Below, one piece after another: positions 63,850 through 64,000 of a stretch of DNA of 64,000 nt (positions are counted from its first letter, which is position 1; each line of letters begins with the position of its first letter). The stretch covers positions 85,115,780 to 85,179,779 of the forward strand of contig NC_068981.1 of assembly GCF_001194135.2 (NCBI RefSeq), read 5' to 3'. The translations under genes and the position numbers were made by a program. This DNA is from Octopus bimaculoides. Its lineage: Eukaryota. Below the pieces are notes generated by a model. That model did no database searches and had not been told where the DNA came from. It saw only the letters and a program-made list of their open reading frames with translations.

Positions 63850-64000
63850 CGTAAAGGCAGTGAATTGGTGATATGTTTAGGGTGTCGGTAGTATTAGTTT
63901 CAGTGTGTTCTTTACATTCTGAGTTTAAATACCGCGGGTGGGGGCACGTTTGCTTTTCATTCGACCGGGCTTAATGAAATAAGCTACGAGTCAATCACTG
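63850..64000 (+). mobile_element. Degenerate family-1 SINE at window end
   Basis: TTACATTCTGAGTTTAAATACCGC..TTTGCTTTTCAT..GAAATAAG..CACTG. Confidence 0.5.

Noticed and set aside
1-64000. Host protein-coding exons
   Set aside because: No ORF resembled a known cellular protein. Short exons in the unique AT-rich stretches (e.g. 6.6-8.1, 12.1-13.4, 34.5-38.4 kb) cannot be excluded without RNA-seq.

Overview
AT-rich, microsatellite-dense, gapped eukaryotic genomic DNA. The SINE repertoire points to a cephalopod, probably Octopus; this is inference. I recognise no host gene, RNA gene or CRISPR array. The window is almost entirely transposable-element debris. DNA transposons: a near-complete Chapaev3 element (TAA TSD), mariner and maT (DD37D-type) remnants, foldback MITEs and Helentron-like HINEs. 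Retroelements: RTE, CR1-like and R4/Dong-like (RLE) LINE fragments, plus at least five tRNA-headed SINE types. The most interesting signal is a set of related L1-clade/Tx1-like elements at 20-55 kb: ORF2-bearing relics, several diverged ORF1-only ('half-L1'-like) elements, minimal derivatives and a SINE. Their 3' ends share a TGTCCCCTCTRTGT motif, a covarying 4-bp hairpin and AATAAA. Several are stacked head-to-tail, joined by a 15-nt motif matching the tRNA-like head of the local CORE-SINE. A tRNA-headed SINE ending in a Penelope-type hammerhead-ribozyme motif also stands out. All alignments and translations were done by eye; family names come from recalled motifs, not database searches.
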